Below are positions 1 to 12,450 of a stretch of 64,000 bases of DNA, piece by piece; the stretch's first letter is position 1; every line of letters starts with the position of its first letter. Both the position numbers and the translations under genes were made by a program. The stretch is from positions 28,845,049-28,909,048 of the forward strand of contig NC_057718.1 of NCBI RefSeq assembly GCF_004010195.1, in the 5' to 3' direction. The notes beneath the pieces were generated by a model. The model was not told where the DNA came from, ran no database searches, and saw only the letters and a list, made by a program, of their open reading frames with translations. This stretch comes from Chiloscyllium plagiosum (taxonomy: Eukaryota).

Positions 1-419
1 TTGTATACCCTTGAGTTTAGAAGACTGAGAGGGGATCTGATTGAGACATATAAGATTATTAAAGGATTGGACACTCTGGAGGCAGGAAACATGTTTACGC
101 TGATGGGTGAGTGCCGAACCAGAGGACACAGTTTAAAAATACAGGGTAGACCATTTAGGACAGAGATGAGGAGAAACTTCTTCACCCAGAGAGTGGTGGC
201 TGTGTGGAATGCTCTGCCCCAGAGGGCAGTGGAGGCCCAGTCTTTGGATTCATTTAAGAAAGAGTTGGATAGAGCTCTCAAGGATAGTGGAATCAAGGGT
301 TATGGGAATAAGGCAGGAACAGGATACTGATTAAGGATGCTCAGCCATGATCATATTGAATGGTGGTGCAGGCTCGAAGGGTAGAATGGCCTACTCCTGC
401 ACCTATTGTCTATTGTCTA
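1..419 (+). mobile_element. CR1 (HER1-like) LINE 3' end: ORF2 C-terminus plus 3' UTR
   Basis: ORF 1-330 reads LEFRRLRGDLIETYKIIKGLD...RTRGHSLK...RRNFFTQRVVAVWNALP, the typical CR1 ORF2 C-terminus. The 3' UTR ends in a tattgtc tandem tail. Confidence 0.95.
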
Positions 420-522
420 ATTTTAAAGCAATTACACCATCTTTCTTTTTGACATTTTAAGAGACCATTCAGCTGATTAACAAATTTATAAGTGCACATT
501 TCATTAAAGTAAATGACATCAC

Positions 523-777
523 CTTTTGTGGCACACTGTGTACAATTTTCTTTTTGGTAGCCTTTTTGAGGGCTTGTGCGGATGGTGATTTCTTTCCCAC
601 CTCAGTTAAGGCCGCTGTATTCTGAGCAGGTTTTGCTAGCTGTTCACTTGATTGTGAATCTGATATGGTAGTGATGTACCTGCCTTTCGTTTTAAAATTA
701 TATGTCCTTTTCACTGGATTTAGAAGCCCCTCCTGATTAAAATCTTTTATTGGATATTTTCCAGGGATTGGTGTTTC
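523..777 (-). CDS. STPG4: Internal coding exon of sperm-tail PG-rich repeat containing 4 (STPG4/C2orf61)
   Basis: Acceptor TATTTCCTTGTAG|G at 778/777. The frame reads [33 protein letters not shown], matching the recalled mammalian STPG4 segment [33 protein letters not shown]. The donor is either AAG|GTGATG at 523/522 (255 nt, phase 0-0) or GCAG|GTACAT at 680/679, so the 3' boundary is uncertain. Confidence 0.8.
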
Positions 778-1005
778 CTACAAGGAAATAACATGAGCTA
801 AATTGAAGTTCCCAATACAAGAAATCTTGCAGTAACTCTAACCTGTATATTAAAAGTTTAAAGAACAAGTGTATCTTCATAAAATTGAAACAAACAAAAA
901 GGACTGCAAATATATTGTTGTTTATTCAGAAAAAGACAATTAACATTTTAGGCAGAATGCTATATCATAATTCTTTCTTACAAGTTAGACCTTGCAAATT
1001 TCTAT

Positions 1006-1505
1006 NNNNNNNNNNNNNNNNNNNNNNNNNNNNNNNNNNNNNNNNNNNNNNNNNNNNNNNNNNNNNNNNNNNNNNNNNNNNNNNNNNNNNNNNNNNNNNN
1101 NNNNNNNNNNNNNNNNNNNNNNNNNNNNNNNNNNNNNNNNNNNNNNNNNNNNNNNNNNNNNNNNNNNNNNNNNNNNNNNNNNNNNNNNNNNNNNNNNNNN
1201 NNNNNNNNNNNNNNNNNNNNNNNNNNNNNNNNNNNNNNNNNNNNNNNNNNNNNNNNNNNNNNNNNNNNNNNNNNNNNNNNNNNNNNNNNNNNNNNNNNNN
1301 NNNNNNNNNNNNNNNNNNNNNNNNNNNNNNNNNNNNNNNNNNNNNNNNNNNNNNNNNNNNNNNNNNNNNNNNNNNNNNNNNNNNNNNNNNNNNNNNNNNN
1401 NNNNNNNNNNNNNNNNNNNNNNNNNNNNNNNNNNNNNNNNNNNNNNNNNNNNNNNNNNNNNNNNNNNNNNNNNNNNNNNNNNNNNNNNNNNNNNNNNNNN
1501 NNNNN
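1006..1505. other. Assembly gap (500 N)
   Basis: Run of N; the round length suggests a placeholder size. Confidence 1.
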
Positions 1506-2072
1506 ATTTTTTTATTTAACCCCTACACTACCACCTAAGTGCAGTAGTGCTTTATTTTTCCCCAGCACCCATGGTGTGTGTGTGCAGGTGTGAGACACAG
1601 TGATTCGGCCACCTCTAGGACAGCCCGTCCCCTACAGCTCTGGTTATTTTTTTTTACTGCCCTTACACTCTTTTTTTTTTACTTGTTTTTTTTATTTAAC
1701 CCCCACACTCCTAAGTGCGGTAGTGCTTTATTTTTCCCCAGCACCCATGGAGTGTGTGTGCAGGTGTGAGACACAGTGAAAGACACAAAGTGCACGAATC
1801 TTTATTCAATTTCCACCACCAGGAAGATAGGAAAACACCCGGGTGGCCAGTGACAAACACTGCCCTTCACATCAAAGGGCAGTGCTGTGTGATCAAAACA
1901 GTGAAGGGGAGGGTAGGGACTAAATCAAAATAGAGTTGGAGGGAGAAATGATGCACTCCACTCCCTGCGGCGCCCACCTCTCCCTGAACAACTCCAGGGT
2001 GTTGGTGGACACCGCGTGCTCCTTCTCCAAGGACACCCGGGCCCTAACGTAACCACGGAAGAGGGGCAGGCA
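1506..2072 (-). mobile_element. Tx1/L1-clade LINE 3' end with a duplicated 3' UTR segment
   Basis: Minus frame 2072-1920 reads CLPLFRGYVRARVSLEKEHAVSTNTLELFRERWAPQGVECIISPSNSILI*, resembling a Tx1-type ORF2 C-terminus. A ~95-bp 3' UTR unit occurs at ~1506-1603 and ~1686-1779. Confidence 0.75.
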
Positions 2073-3039
2073 CCCATTCGTAGTTTATTCATCTATTCCT
2101 CTCCCTTGTAGCATACGTTTCCCTTGTGTTTTTCTCCTTCACTACATCTCTTTTCCTTGTTTGTCTCTACCCTCCATTGATGTCTGCCCCTCTGTTTCTT
2201 GTCTGCTTCATCCTTCACCTTTTATTTCTCTGCATTGTCTTTTATATTGTTAATTCCTGAATTAGCTACCTAAACATCATATTCTACTACTAACTCATGT
2301 TTTAATTATGACTACTAATTTCTCAAAATCAACAATAGAAAATTATCACTGGATAAACTTGGAAGGTTCTTCAGCAAATGTAAACTCGCAACAGAATATG
2401 CAGCAAGTTATAGAGATGGTCAAAGTTAAACATTTTTGTGTTCTGAAGTTAAATTCCACTTCAAATACCCATACCCTCTTCTGCCCCCTCAGAAAGAATG
2501 GAGTTGTACTGCAATTTCTGCATTTACAAACAAGTGCCAGATATCCATCAGGATGGTGGAGGATACAGTACTGAGGGAAGTCAAAACTCAGAGCTTTAGT
2601 GCAATGCTAAGTTATACTGTCATTTTTCATTGACCCTTGCCCAGAATTATTTTATTTCAAGCAGAACTGACAATAAACTCTGGTCTTGAAATCTATTACT
2701 TAATGTGGCTTCTTAGAAAATAAACATACTCACATTTAAAACGCAACTATATTCTTCATTATTACTTTTAAAGCCACAATTAAAAGTTGTTTGAGAAAAT
2801 GTATTATGGATGTATTCAAACAGCTATTAACATTATTTATGCCAGAACATTTAAGAAGGATCAAATTGAAAATACATTGAGGTCACACTGCTTCTGTTGC
2901 TAAAAGCAAAAATCAGTTCTGCTCTTTGTCATTATATAATGCACAAGAAGCATGATTCTAGCCATTTCCATTGAGGTTTTACCAATATGTCTGTCTACTC
3001 ATCAGTTTTCACATTCAGATTGCTAACAAGTAGGAACTT

Positions 3040-3838
3040 GCACAATGTTCATCACTATTCATGATTCCTCAGATACTGCAGCGGTCCATGTCCAAATACA
3101 GCAAGACCTGGACAATATCCAGGCTTGGGCTGACAAGCGGCAAATAATATTTGCACCACACAGTGCAGGCCATGACAAGTTATCCACCACCCCTTGACAC
3201 TCAATGTTGTTACCATCACTGAATTCCCCCACCTGGGGGTTAGCATTGACCAGAAACTCAACTGGACTTGCCACATAAACACAGTGGCTACAACAGCAGT
3301 TCAGGAACTAGGAATACTGTGGTGCATAATTCACCTCCTGACGTGTGAAAGACTGTCCACCATCCAGAAGACACAAGTCAGGAGTGTGATGGAATACCTC
3401 CCACTTGCCTGGATGGATTCCAATAACATTCAAGAAGATTAAAACCATCCAGAACTTGGCAGTACATTCACTCCCTCCACTACCGACACTCAGTAGCAGT
3501 AATGTGTACTATATACAAGAAGTACTGCAGACATTTACCAAAGAATTTTGGACAGCATCTTCCAAACAGATGACCACTTCCATGTAGAAGGACGAAGGCA
3601 ACAGATACATGGGAACACCATCACCTGCAAGTTCCCCTCCAAGCTACTCACCATCCTGATTTTGAAATGCATTGCTGTTCTCTCACTGTTGGGTCAAGAT
3701 CCTGGAATTCCCTCCCTATTGGCGTTGTGAGCCAACCTGCAGCATGAGGCAGTTCAAGAAGGCAGCTCAAGCTCAAGGACCTTCTCAAGGACAACTAGGG
3801 ACAAGCGATGCCCATGTCACACAAATGAATGACAAAAA
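3040..3838 (+). mobile_element. Decayed non-LTR LINE 3' part (CR1/Jockey group, Zenon-like)
   Basis: Frameshifted peptides QQDLDNIQAWADK, LGVSIDQKLNWTCHINTVA and QVRSVMEYLPLAW; (gaat)-type tail. Confidence 0.8.
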
Positions 3839-4268
3839 TGTGTGATATTAGTGGGAAAATATTTGTGTTAAAAAAGTCATGAAAACATTCATTTCCAATA
3901 AAAATCTAAATATGACCCTCTGGGACACTCAGTACATTACGATCAATGAACTAGCACAGCTAGAAGTTAACTGCAATTAAACCAGACTTGATAATAATTC
4001 CATAGACTCATAAATAACAGACTTCTTTACGATTCTTGATAATTCCAGGATTGGAATCCAGGATCAGTTTGAAAATGGGATTACTGGGTTGGAAATGAAA
4101 AAGAAGTGAGTCAGAAGAGACCTAATGTAAGCAAAAGAGAAATGGAAGATAGGAAGCTGATGAAATATCAGCCTCATTGGCATATCATGGTGGAAATCAA
4201 GCTATGTTATTCCCACAGCTGTCATAAAAGTTGAAGATTTTATCAACATATGAAAAGTTCCTCAAATA

Positions 4269-4567
4269 GTCATAGAGATGCACAGCACAGAAATGGACTC
4301 TTCGGTCCAAGTCATCCATGCTGACCAGTTATCCTAACCTAATCTAGTCTCATTTACCAGGACTTGGCCCATATCCCACTAAACCCTTCCTATTCATATA
4401 CATATCTTTTAAACGTAATTGTTCCAGCCCCCACCACTTCCTCTGGCAGCTCCTTCCATACACACACCACCCTCTGCGTGAAAAGATTGCCCCTCGGGTC
4501 CTTTTTACATTTTTCCTCTCTCACCTTAAACCTATGCCCTCTAATTCTGGACTCCCCCACCCCAGGG
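4269..4567 (-). mobile_element. CR1 LINE 3' fragment
   Basis: Reverse complement of the CR1 3' end (catagagatgcacagcacagaa...ctggactccccc). Confidence 0.85.
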
Positions 4568-4992
4568 TCTATCTTTTTAGATGCAGGTTAATAAAAAGCA
4601 TGGACCACCAGGTGTCTGTACTTAACATGAATAACTAAGTATTTAAAAAAAATATATAGCTTCTAGCTACAGGACAGCAAGTATAAATTGTCAACTTATT
4701 AAAAAAAACACCTTATACACTTCCTCTATCAGCATATAGAGACACAAATTTACAAAAAAGTAAGTTATGGGTGGAAGGAGAAACTGGGAAGACAATTCAA
4801 TGACCTGTGTTGATAGGGTTCACGATGATTCACCAGGACTTACTGATCTTCACCCTTTCTTTCACTTTCCTGTAGGAAGCAGAGTGACTGGTTCACAAAT
4901 TCTAATGTCTTTGACTTACTGGTTAAAAGCCATAGCTTCCAGCAGCTCCTGGGGAATTTTTTTTTCCAGAATTTAGGTATCTATTCCTGCAG

Positions 4993-5020
4993 AGAAAAAA
5001 AGAGAGAGAGAGAGAGAGAG
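4993..5020. repeat. (AG)n microsatellite
   Basis: Direct observation. Confidence 0.9.
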
Positions 5021-6067
5021 CATCTCTCCTGTCAGAGGTCCAAGGTTGAAGGCCGTATCATTCACACCACAAGCTTCTTGCATTACCTAGCAGCCAATCG
5101 CATTGTAGTCTTCGGCAGCAGGCCTTTGTTATTGACAACTATAGACCAATCAGTTAGTTATTGCTGGCTAAATTCACTTTGTGCACACCCCTGGTGCCTG
5201 TTTGTGTATAACCACACTGGCTGAACAAACAGCAGTATAAACACAACATATAATAAGCATTGGTATCTTGCTTTTAAAATGCCAAACAATTGCTGAGTTT
5301 TCCAGCAATTTCTGATTTTGTTTGTGGAAGAAATTGTTGGGCATTTTACATTGTTCACCCAGTGTAGAAGAGAGCCTTACAAACCCTCTCCCTGGCCTTC
5401 TGTCTGACCTCACCTGTTTCTATAATTTTGATTGTGGACTGAAATGGAAAAAGGACTGCTTTAAAAAGTTAGGATTGTGGAAGGAATTGTTGGAAATTTC
5501 TGAAGAAAGGTCACTGGCACCAAAAGTCTACTTTCTCTCCACAGATGCTGCCATCTACATTGCAAAATTTCAAGTATTTAACTCAAATTCAAGGTTAACT
5601 TCCTTACTCGGCTATAAAGTTCCATTATGACTGTAAAGAAATGGAACTTGGTTGTTTCAATCAATGGGAAGAACATTAGTCTATTGAGTACTTAGCTAGC
5701 TCATTCTGTAAATGCAATATTCTCTTACAGTAATTATATCATAATGTCGAAAAGCTCAGGACATTGTACAGTATTGAATACTGTGGTGCGGCTCAAATAA
5801 AATCCAGCCCCACCATGGCACTGATATATCACATTGGTCTCAATTTTGACTGCCTTTCCCAAGAGGATCATATTTGGAAGGACTTAAGAGTAGCTGAATT
5901 CAGTTACTGGCCTAAAATCGCAGTGTTTTGATCTGGTGACAACTTGCCTTCACTAACTTTGAAATCAACCAAGGCTCTCACTCCTGGCAAGTGAATGCTC
6001 AGTTGAAATACAAAAGTAACATTCTGATAATAGCTTGTTGCAAAGTCTTTTTTTCTAACCAAGTCAG

Positions 6068-6139
6068 ATGAATGCAAGTTTAGTGCCAAACCCAAGAAGC
6101 AAACCTGCCAGAAATGCTGATTGGGCTGAGGAGACCAAG
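6068..6139 (+). other. Unassigned candidate exon (MNASLVPNPRSKPARNADWAEETK)
   Basis: T-rich tract and CAG before an ATG, an open 72-nt frame, and a consensus donor AAG|GTAAGT at 6139/6140. No homology recognised. Confidence 0.25.
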
Positions 6140-6339
6140 GTAAGTCAGAATTACTAAAATAAAAGGAAGAACTGCAGACACTGGAGATCCGAAACAAAAA
6201 TAGAAAATATTTAAGTCAAAATTTCTATTTGGTGAAATCCAGGTGTGTTTCGGAGGAGCAGAAATACTCCCTACGTGCCTTTCTTCTGCCTGGCTTTGAC
6301 CATTTCCTTCCATGTACACTGGTATAATGGCCCAGAGCT

Positions 6340-6425
6340 GAAAATGTGTTGCTGGAAAAGCGCAGCAGGTCAGGCAGCATCCAAGGAACAGGAGAAGCGA
6401 TGTTTCGGGCATAAGCCCTTCTTCA
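6340..6425 (-). mobile_element. Short Penelope terminal-repeat insertion with hammerhead motif
   Basis: Minus strand reads CTGAAGA-A-GGGC-TTAT-GCCC-GAAACATC. Flanking direct repeat ggcccagagct at 6329-6339 and 6426-6436. Confidence 0.85.
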
Positions 6426-7284
6426 GGCCCAGAGCTTACTTTATCTGTACCTAAAGTATATGAAATTTATATAGCCCTCCAAGTGTATTGTAAGTCCAGC
6501 CAGCTTTAGCAGGGAGAATGTTTTTTATTATTCACATCTTGGAGATTAAAATGGCCTGAACTTCACATTCAGCTACAATAGTGTTTCTCTCACACCCATT
6601 GCAAATGTGCCCTTTTTAGAAATTGAGGACATTGTAATGGGTTGAATATTGGAATCCAACATAATGGAAGGTCCATGAAATATTTTTCAATATATCGCTA
6701 TCTAACAAAGTGCATAATAATTAATTCAAACTCCTAACCTATGATTTTGTTGCATTTCTTGATATCTTTCATATAGCGTTCATTATAATTATTCTGCAAC
6801 TAATGAAATGCTCAACTGCACCTTCAGCTCCAACTTTGATGCCCCAGTCTCCAATAAAACTTTGCTGTTTCTCACCCAGTGCACAGAATTCATAAACTTC
6901 TTTATCATCAAGCAAGTGTATCCAATCAGCTGCCTCTCCTGATCCCCCCACCCCCTTCTCTGTACCTGCAGGGCTAAACTTCCTTTAAAGATTACCCAGG
7001 ATCTAGACCTGAACTCACACCTTTCTCCCATTTCTCTCTATCTCCTCATCTCATCTCTGAGATAATCTTGTCCATAAGATCCATCTCCTGCTGCCACTTG
7101 TGAATATGTCTCAATGACTAACCACCATATTAACTAACAAAGCAAAAAGAAATGGTTTATAAAACCAGAATTCGTTCTAGAATCTGGCTTATCCACTGAT
7201 ACCATCGTTTGGGATCATAACAACAGAGATTTTGAAAGCTCTTGAATGCTCAATAAGAGCTAGAAATCAAAGAGCGAAAAGTGC

Positions 7285-7592
7285 AGAAAGAGACCATTCA
7301 GCTCATCAAGTCTGCGCCAACCCTCCAAAGAGCATCCCACCCTATTCCCTTTGCATTGCATTTACACCTAGCCTACACATCCCTAGACAGTATGGACAAC
7401 TTAGGCAAAAGTGAGGACTGCAGATGCTGGAGATTTGAGTCAAGATTAGAGTGGTGCTGGAAAAACACAGCAGGTCAAGCAACATCCGAGGAGCAGGAAA
7501 ATCGATGTTTTGGACAGGAGCCCTTCATCAGGAACTATGGACAACTTAGCATAGCCAGTCCAACTAACCTGCACATCTTTGGACTATGGAAG
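7285..7592 (-). mobile_element. Decayed HE1-type SINE interrupted by a Penelope fragment
   Basis: Similar to other HE1 copies (ggacaacttagcatagcc...ctgcacatctttggact). Confidence 0.7.
7405..7535 (-). mobile_element. Short Penelope terminal-repeat insertion (decayed hammerhead)
   Basis: 14-bp TSD tatggacaacttag at 7391-7404 and 7536-7549. Minus strand reads CTGATGAAGGGCTCCTGTCCAAAACATC. Confidence 0.85.
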
Positions 7593-7619
7593 GAAGGTAG
7601 GAGATATAGAAGGAAAATA

Positions 7620-7765
7620 CCGTCCTTACCTGGTCTGTCCGACAAGTGACTCCAGACCCATAGCAATGTGGTTAGCTCTTAACTTACCTTTGGGCAACTA
7701 GGGATGAGCAGTAATTACTGGCCTAACCAGTGATGCCCTTATCCTGTGAATGAATAAACAAAAAG
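7620..7765 (+). mobile_element. SINE/LINE 3' fragment sharing the Zenon-like tail
   Basis: ccttacctggtctg...gggcaactagggatg...tgaatgaataa; the reverse-orientation relative lies at 24510-24830. Confidence 0.6.
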
Positions 7766-7859
7766 GAACAACATTTTCTTGAATTAAATGTTGAGAATAC
7801 TGAAACTGTTGTCTTGAAACTCTGATCCCTAGCTATCAAAAACATTTCTCTCCCTGGGA

Positions 7860-8775
7860 GCAGTCTTGAGATTAAAACAGTCCATTTGTTATCCTAGTAG
7901 CTCATTTGATGCTCATCATTGACTTCATCTGAAGCCCTCATTCATGCCTTGATATTTCAATTATTCCTACACACTCCTGGCTGGTCTAGTGCATTCTATC
8001 ATCTGTAAACTTGAGCTCATTCAAAGTTCTGCTGCTTATGTCCTTATTCACATCAAACTCCATTCACCCATCACCTCCGTGTCTGCTGACTTCTGTTCAT
8101 GGATTATAGAATCCCTATAATGTGGAAACAGACAATTGATCTTTCAAGTGCACACTGACCGTCTTAACAGCACTTCACCCAAACCCAACCCTCTACCCTA
8201 TCCATGTAACTCTGCATTTACCATGGCTAATTCACCGAGCTGCACACCGTTATACTGTGGGAGGAAACCGGAACATCCAGAGGAAACCCACTCAGACACA
8301 GAGAGAATGTGCTAACAGTTGCCTGACACTGGAATCAAACCCGAGTCCCTGGCATTGTGAGAAGGTGGTGCTAACCACTGAGCCACCTTACCGCCCTTCT
8401 GTTGGCTTTCCATCAATCAAAACCTTGATTTTTTAAAAAAGTCTTCCTCGTTTTCAAATCTCAGTGCGGCTTCACACTTTCATATCACCCAAATCTCCTT
8501 CAATAATTCTCTGAGATATCTGTGCTCACCTAAATCTGGTCTCTTCAGCACCCCCATTTTTAATTGTTCCCCCATTGCTAGCTTTGCCCTCAGTTGCCAA
8601 GGCTTTAATCTCTGGAATTCCCTCTTTGCAGCTCTACCTCTCTAATTGTTTGTGTATCAATGCTGAGACTCCATCTCCTTGTGTGGCTTGGCATCATATT
8701 TTGCTGTTGAGAAGTGCCTTGAGACATTTTGCTAAGTTAGTGATGCTATATAAATATAAGTTGCTGTAGTTGTTA
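7860..8775 (+). mobile_element. Old L2-like LINE 3' relic split by an HE1 SINE
   Basis: L2-type motifs (gaagccctcattcatgcc, attcaaagttctgctgc, ctctggaattccctc) and the tail gctatataaatataagttg. Confidence 0.6.
8098..8396 (-). mobile_element. HE1-type tRNA-derived SINE
   Basis: Reverse complement of the tRNA-like head (gctaaccactgagccacc) and CR1-derived tail; cttctgtt on both sides. Confidence 0.85.
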
Positions 8776-11622
8776 GCTTCAGACACAATGTTTATTAGGG
8801 TTCTACAAGAAACGTGTTATCTTCCAAAAGTGGTCACTAGCTATTAAAATTAAAACAGAACAAAAATAGCCATCAGTAAAACATGACAACTTCTTGATTT
8901 TGTCTGTTTAATAATATTGTTGATAAGGCCTGGGCAGTCACAGCATGTTAATTAAGCTGGTACATCTTGAATACACTAATGTGTTTTTCTGTTGGCTATA
9001 CCTGAAACCTGCGATTGTCTTTGTGGAAGTATTGTTTGACTATTATTTTGCGTTAGACTTTGTTTCCTGATTGTTTGCCTTTGCTGATAATGCCTCTCCG
9101 GTGGGGTGTAAAGTACAGCACATTCTGGAAACCAGTAAAATTGGAACATAATTAAAATTAGGAAACATCTGTGATGAGAATTTGTGCCTTTTGTTCAGTC
9201 TTTATTATAAATTGGGCTCCATTAAAAAGGTGGATGTTCCATCCCAGAGGATAGAGGAACCTAAGGATGACAGGAGCCAGAGAGTACACTATCCAGCTCC
9301 TTGGCGCTGCTCTAACATGGCCTTGTAAAGGCTGAATTGTAACTCAACTTCATTTTCCTGCCGTAATTCTCGAGACCTGTACATGCCTAAGGAAGTAGGA
9401 TTTCATTGATTTTAAGGGCCTGTAGAAATATAGGAGCAAGAGGAGGCCATTCTGCTCTGCTCTGCCATTCTAGAACGTGGCTGATTATTTACCTCAACAT
9501 CATTTTCCTGCACTATATCCATATCCCTTGGTTTTATCAGTATCTAGAATCTATTGATCCATGTCCTGAGCATAAGGATTATGCGTTTCTACATCCCTCT
9601 AGAGTAGAATGTTCCAAAGAGAATCCTGCAGGCAACCTCAGATAGGGAAAGTCTTGAGGTAATTGCCAGAGCTTTCAAAAATGAGCCAAAGAAACATGCT
9701 TAAGGGTGCCCTCCCTCAATCCCAAGAGGCATGTGTTCCGGTCATTAGGATAGAGCACACCCATATAAGTGTGAAAAAAAAACAGAAGGGTTGACAGCAG
9801 CGGTCAGGTAGGAGGCTGTCAGAAGATTCTCCTTCCCAGTAACAGGTCCCTCAATACCAGAGGTGGAAGAATGAGGACTCTAGTTGATACTAATTAGATA
9901 CTAAGGATTTCAATTGGTGATGGAATAGGAAAGCTATCCAGTCACCTTTCCACCTGAACTTAATTGCAAGAGATGGGATCGCCATCTGTACCACCCTTCT
10001 CATCTCATTAAATGCCCCCAGCCAGCAAGCCCACCTTGAGGGAGGGCATTAAATTCCATCCATTGAATGCTTGCAGCACAGAAGGTGGCCATTTAAGGCA
10101 TTGTGACTGTTCTTGCTCTTTGTACAAGCAACTCAGCTGGTCCCACTCTCTTGCCTTCTCCTCAGTTTTTTTCTTCTGTTTAGATCATTATCAAATTCCA
10201 TTGAAAAGAATGTTTGGATCTGTCTCCACCATTCACTTGGCCAGGGCTTTCCAGCTGCTCACCATCAAAAGCTTTGAGTTGTAATTAACTGTCAGTCCAG
10301 TGGAGATCAACTAATCCAGCACAAAACCAAGGACTGACCCTGGAGACGGCTTGGTCCTTATGGTGCCTTTCTACTGTGGGCAGTACATTTAGGGACTGAC
10401 CTTTCTGAAGAGCTTTTATATAAAATCTAAATCTTTTTCATTAAATTAGAATTTTTGACATTTTCCACATTAACGTGTTATTGAAAGTGTTTTAATGCTG
10501 TTAATGTTCTTTATGAGGCAAAACATGATGAAAAAAGGCCTTGGGCCCATTTCATCTCATCTCTATTGATTCTCAATGCCCATTGTTTTATCACTTGCAA
10601 TATCAGCTAAGGGTCCAGTTCTCAGCTATCATTCATGACAACCCTTTCCATCTCACCTCCAATCTCTGGATAAAGCAATACTTCCTGGCATCAGTAATAA
10701 ATTTACTGTTCTCAAATCTGCCTGAAAATACTACTGTGGGAATTCTTTTTCTTTCATGTCAAATATCTTAGCTTAAGTCCTGCTGAAGATATTTCTTTTG
10801 CAAATGGAACGGCCCTAGCTTATCAAGCTATCCCTTGAAACCAATCATTCCTGCACAAGGAATCAACTTGCTTGTTACCTGTGTCATTTAAGGAGATATA
10901 TAAAAGTTGAGTCCTGAAAGAGTTACATTTCTTGCATTCTGTCAGCCGTGTAATTGGTCTCCTGAGCCAGTGGTGACATCACATTTACATTTTCCATGTT
11001 TGTCCAATGCCAGCCTTATTTACCAGGAATGAAACTGCAATGTGCCATGAAAAATAAACCCGTAGCAATCACATTATTTGATTGAAAGTGCTCTTTACCT
11101 TGACAAGAGACAGTCTGTCAAAATGCAATGGGCTCCAGCAGTAGCCACCATGTAAGGAACGAGCGGCTGTGTGCTGCGCCTGACTTGTGACTCTCTTACT
11201 TACAACATTTCAGGGAATCAAAACAATTCGAGACAAAATAGCTCTGCTCACTGTCAATTTGTTTTTCAAGTCGTGGTTTCTGATTCTCAAATGGAGGACT
11301 TGTTTTGGAAATAGTAGCTTGGAATCAAGTCATATATGTTATTCCTGGATGTAAAATGTTAAAAAATAATTTGAATGATTTTCAAATAATTCAACAATAA
11401 TTTATTGGATTATTGAATTTGTTATTCCTGTTTTTATTTAATGAGGGAATATCTTCTGCATTCCTTAGATTCGTCTGTGAATATTAGCTTTCTCTTTTAA
11501 AATATCTATCTGTGTCTTTGCAATTTTGTTCTTACATATTCCACTATTTAAATGTGTACCAATTCCACAGTGTGTATTTGTGTCTTTAGACATGCATATT
11601 TCTCTTTCCTTCTCAGTATATA

Positions 11623-11682
11623 CGTGTGTTTTGTGTGTGTGTGTGTGTCTGTGTCTCTGTGCATGTGTGTGTATACACACGT
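11623..11682. repeat. Imperfect (TG)n microsatellite
   Basis: Direct observation. Confidence 0.85.
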
Positions 11683-12254
11683 GTAACAAACTTGGGCTGC
11701 ATTTTCAATACAAAGGGAACAGGAGCCAGGTCTCTTTTTGGGGACAGAAACCCAACTCCAGTGAAATTGACTGAAGTTCAGATTTTCATGAGAATGAGCC
11801 CACAGTTAGTAATAGATTTGCTGTTCATGTAGAGCCAGTGCAACCAGGAACACAGGTAGGTCCGATGAATTGTAGGACTGATTTCTGTTCAGCTGACATT
11901 GCTCGGCCTGATGGAGAGATCTACTCATTGTTTCAGAGCTTTTGACTTCGCCAGAGGAAGTGACATGTTACAGTGGAGCTGAGGGCCAGGACAGACCCTT
12001 ATATCAGGGACTCTGACCACAGTTTAATGCTGGAGATGGTAAAGGGATAGGAGACAGGTCATCTTCTGGAAAGGTAGTTGGAGGATAGTTGGAGGAGACC
12101 ACCTTGCCGTGTCACATGGACACCCTTTCTGTTCAGCTTCCAGATCCTCCTCCTCTTTTACCTCAGGCACCTGCTCCTCTCTCAGTGAGATAGCTCCAGT
12201 CAGCTTGTTATTATACTCAAGGTTTACAACACTTTGGAGGGCCACATCTCTCTG

Positions 12255-12450
12255 GATTAGATTAGATTAGATTTGATTCCCTATAGTGTGAAACAGGCCC
12301 TTCCGTCCAACAAGTCCACACCGACCCTCTGAAGAGTAACCCCCCCAGACCCATTCCCTCTGACTAATGCACCTAACACTATGGGCAATTTAGCATGGCT
12401 AATTCACCTGACCTGCACATCTTTGGATTGTGGGAGGAAGCCAGAGCACT
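12255..12450 (-). mobile_element. 5'-truncated HE1-type SINE with (TAATC)n tail
   Basis: gattagattag tail and HE1 body motifs. Confidence 0.85.

Noticed and set aside
885..1538. Long ORFs of 217 aa and 175 aa
   Set aside because: Artefacts of translating through the N gap.
2545..2580. GWWRIQY on the + strand resembles STPG4 GWWRIALT
   Set aside because: Wrong strand for the STPG4 exon, followed by a stop, no donor site, and overlapping a Deu-SINE-like cagtactgaggga motif.
4567..5330. Possible solo LTR with CCAAT boxes
   Set aside because: No clear TG...CA termini or TSD identified.
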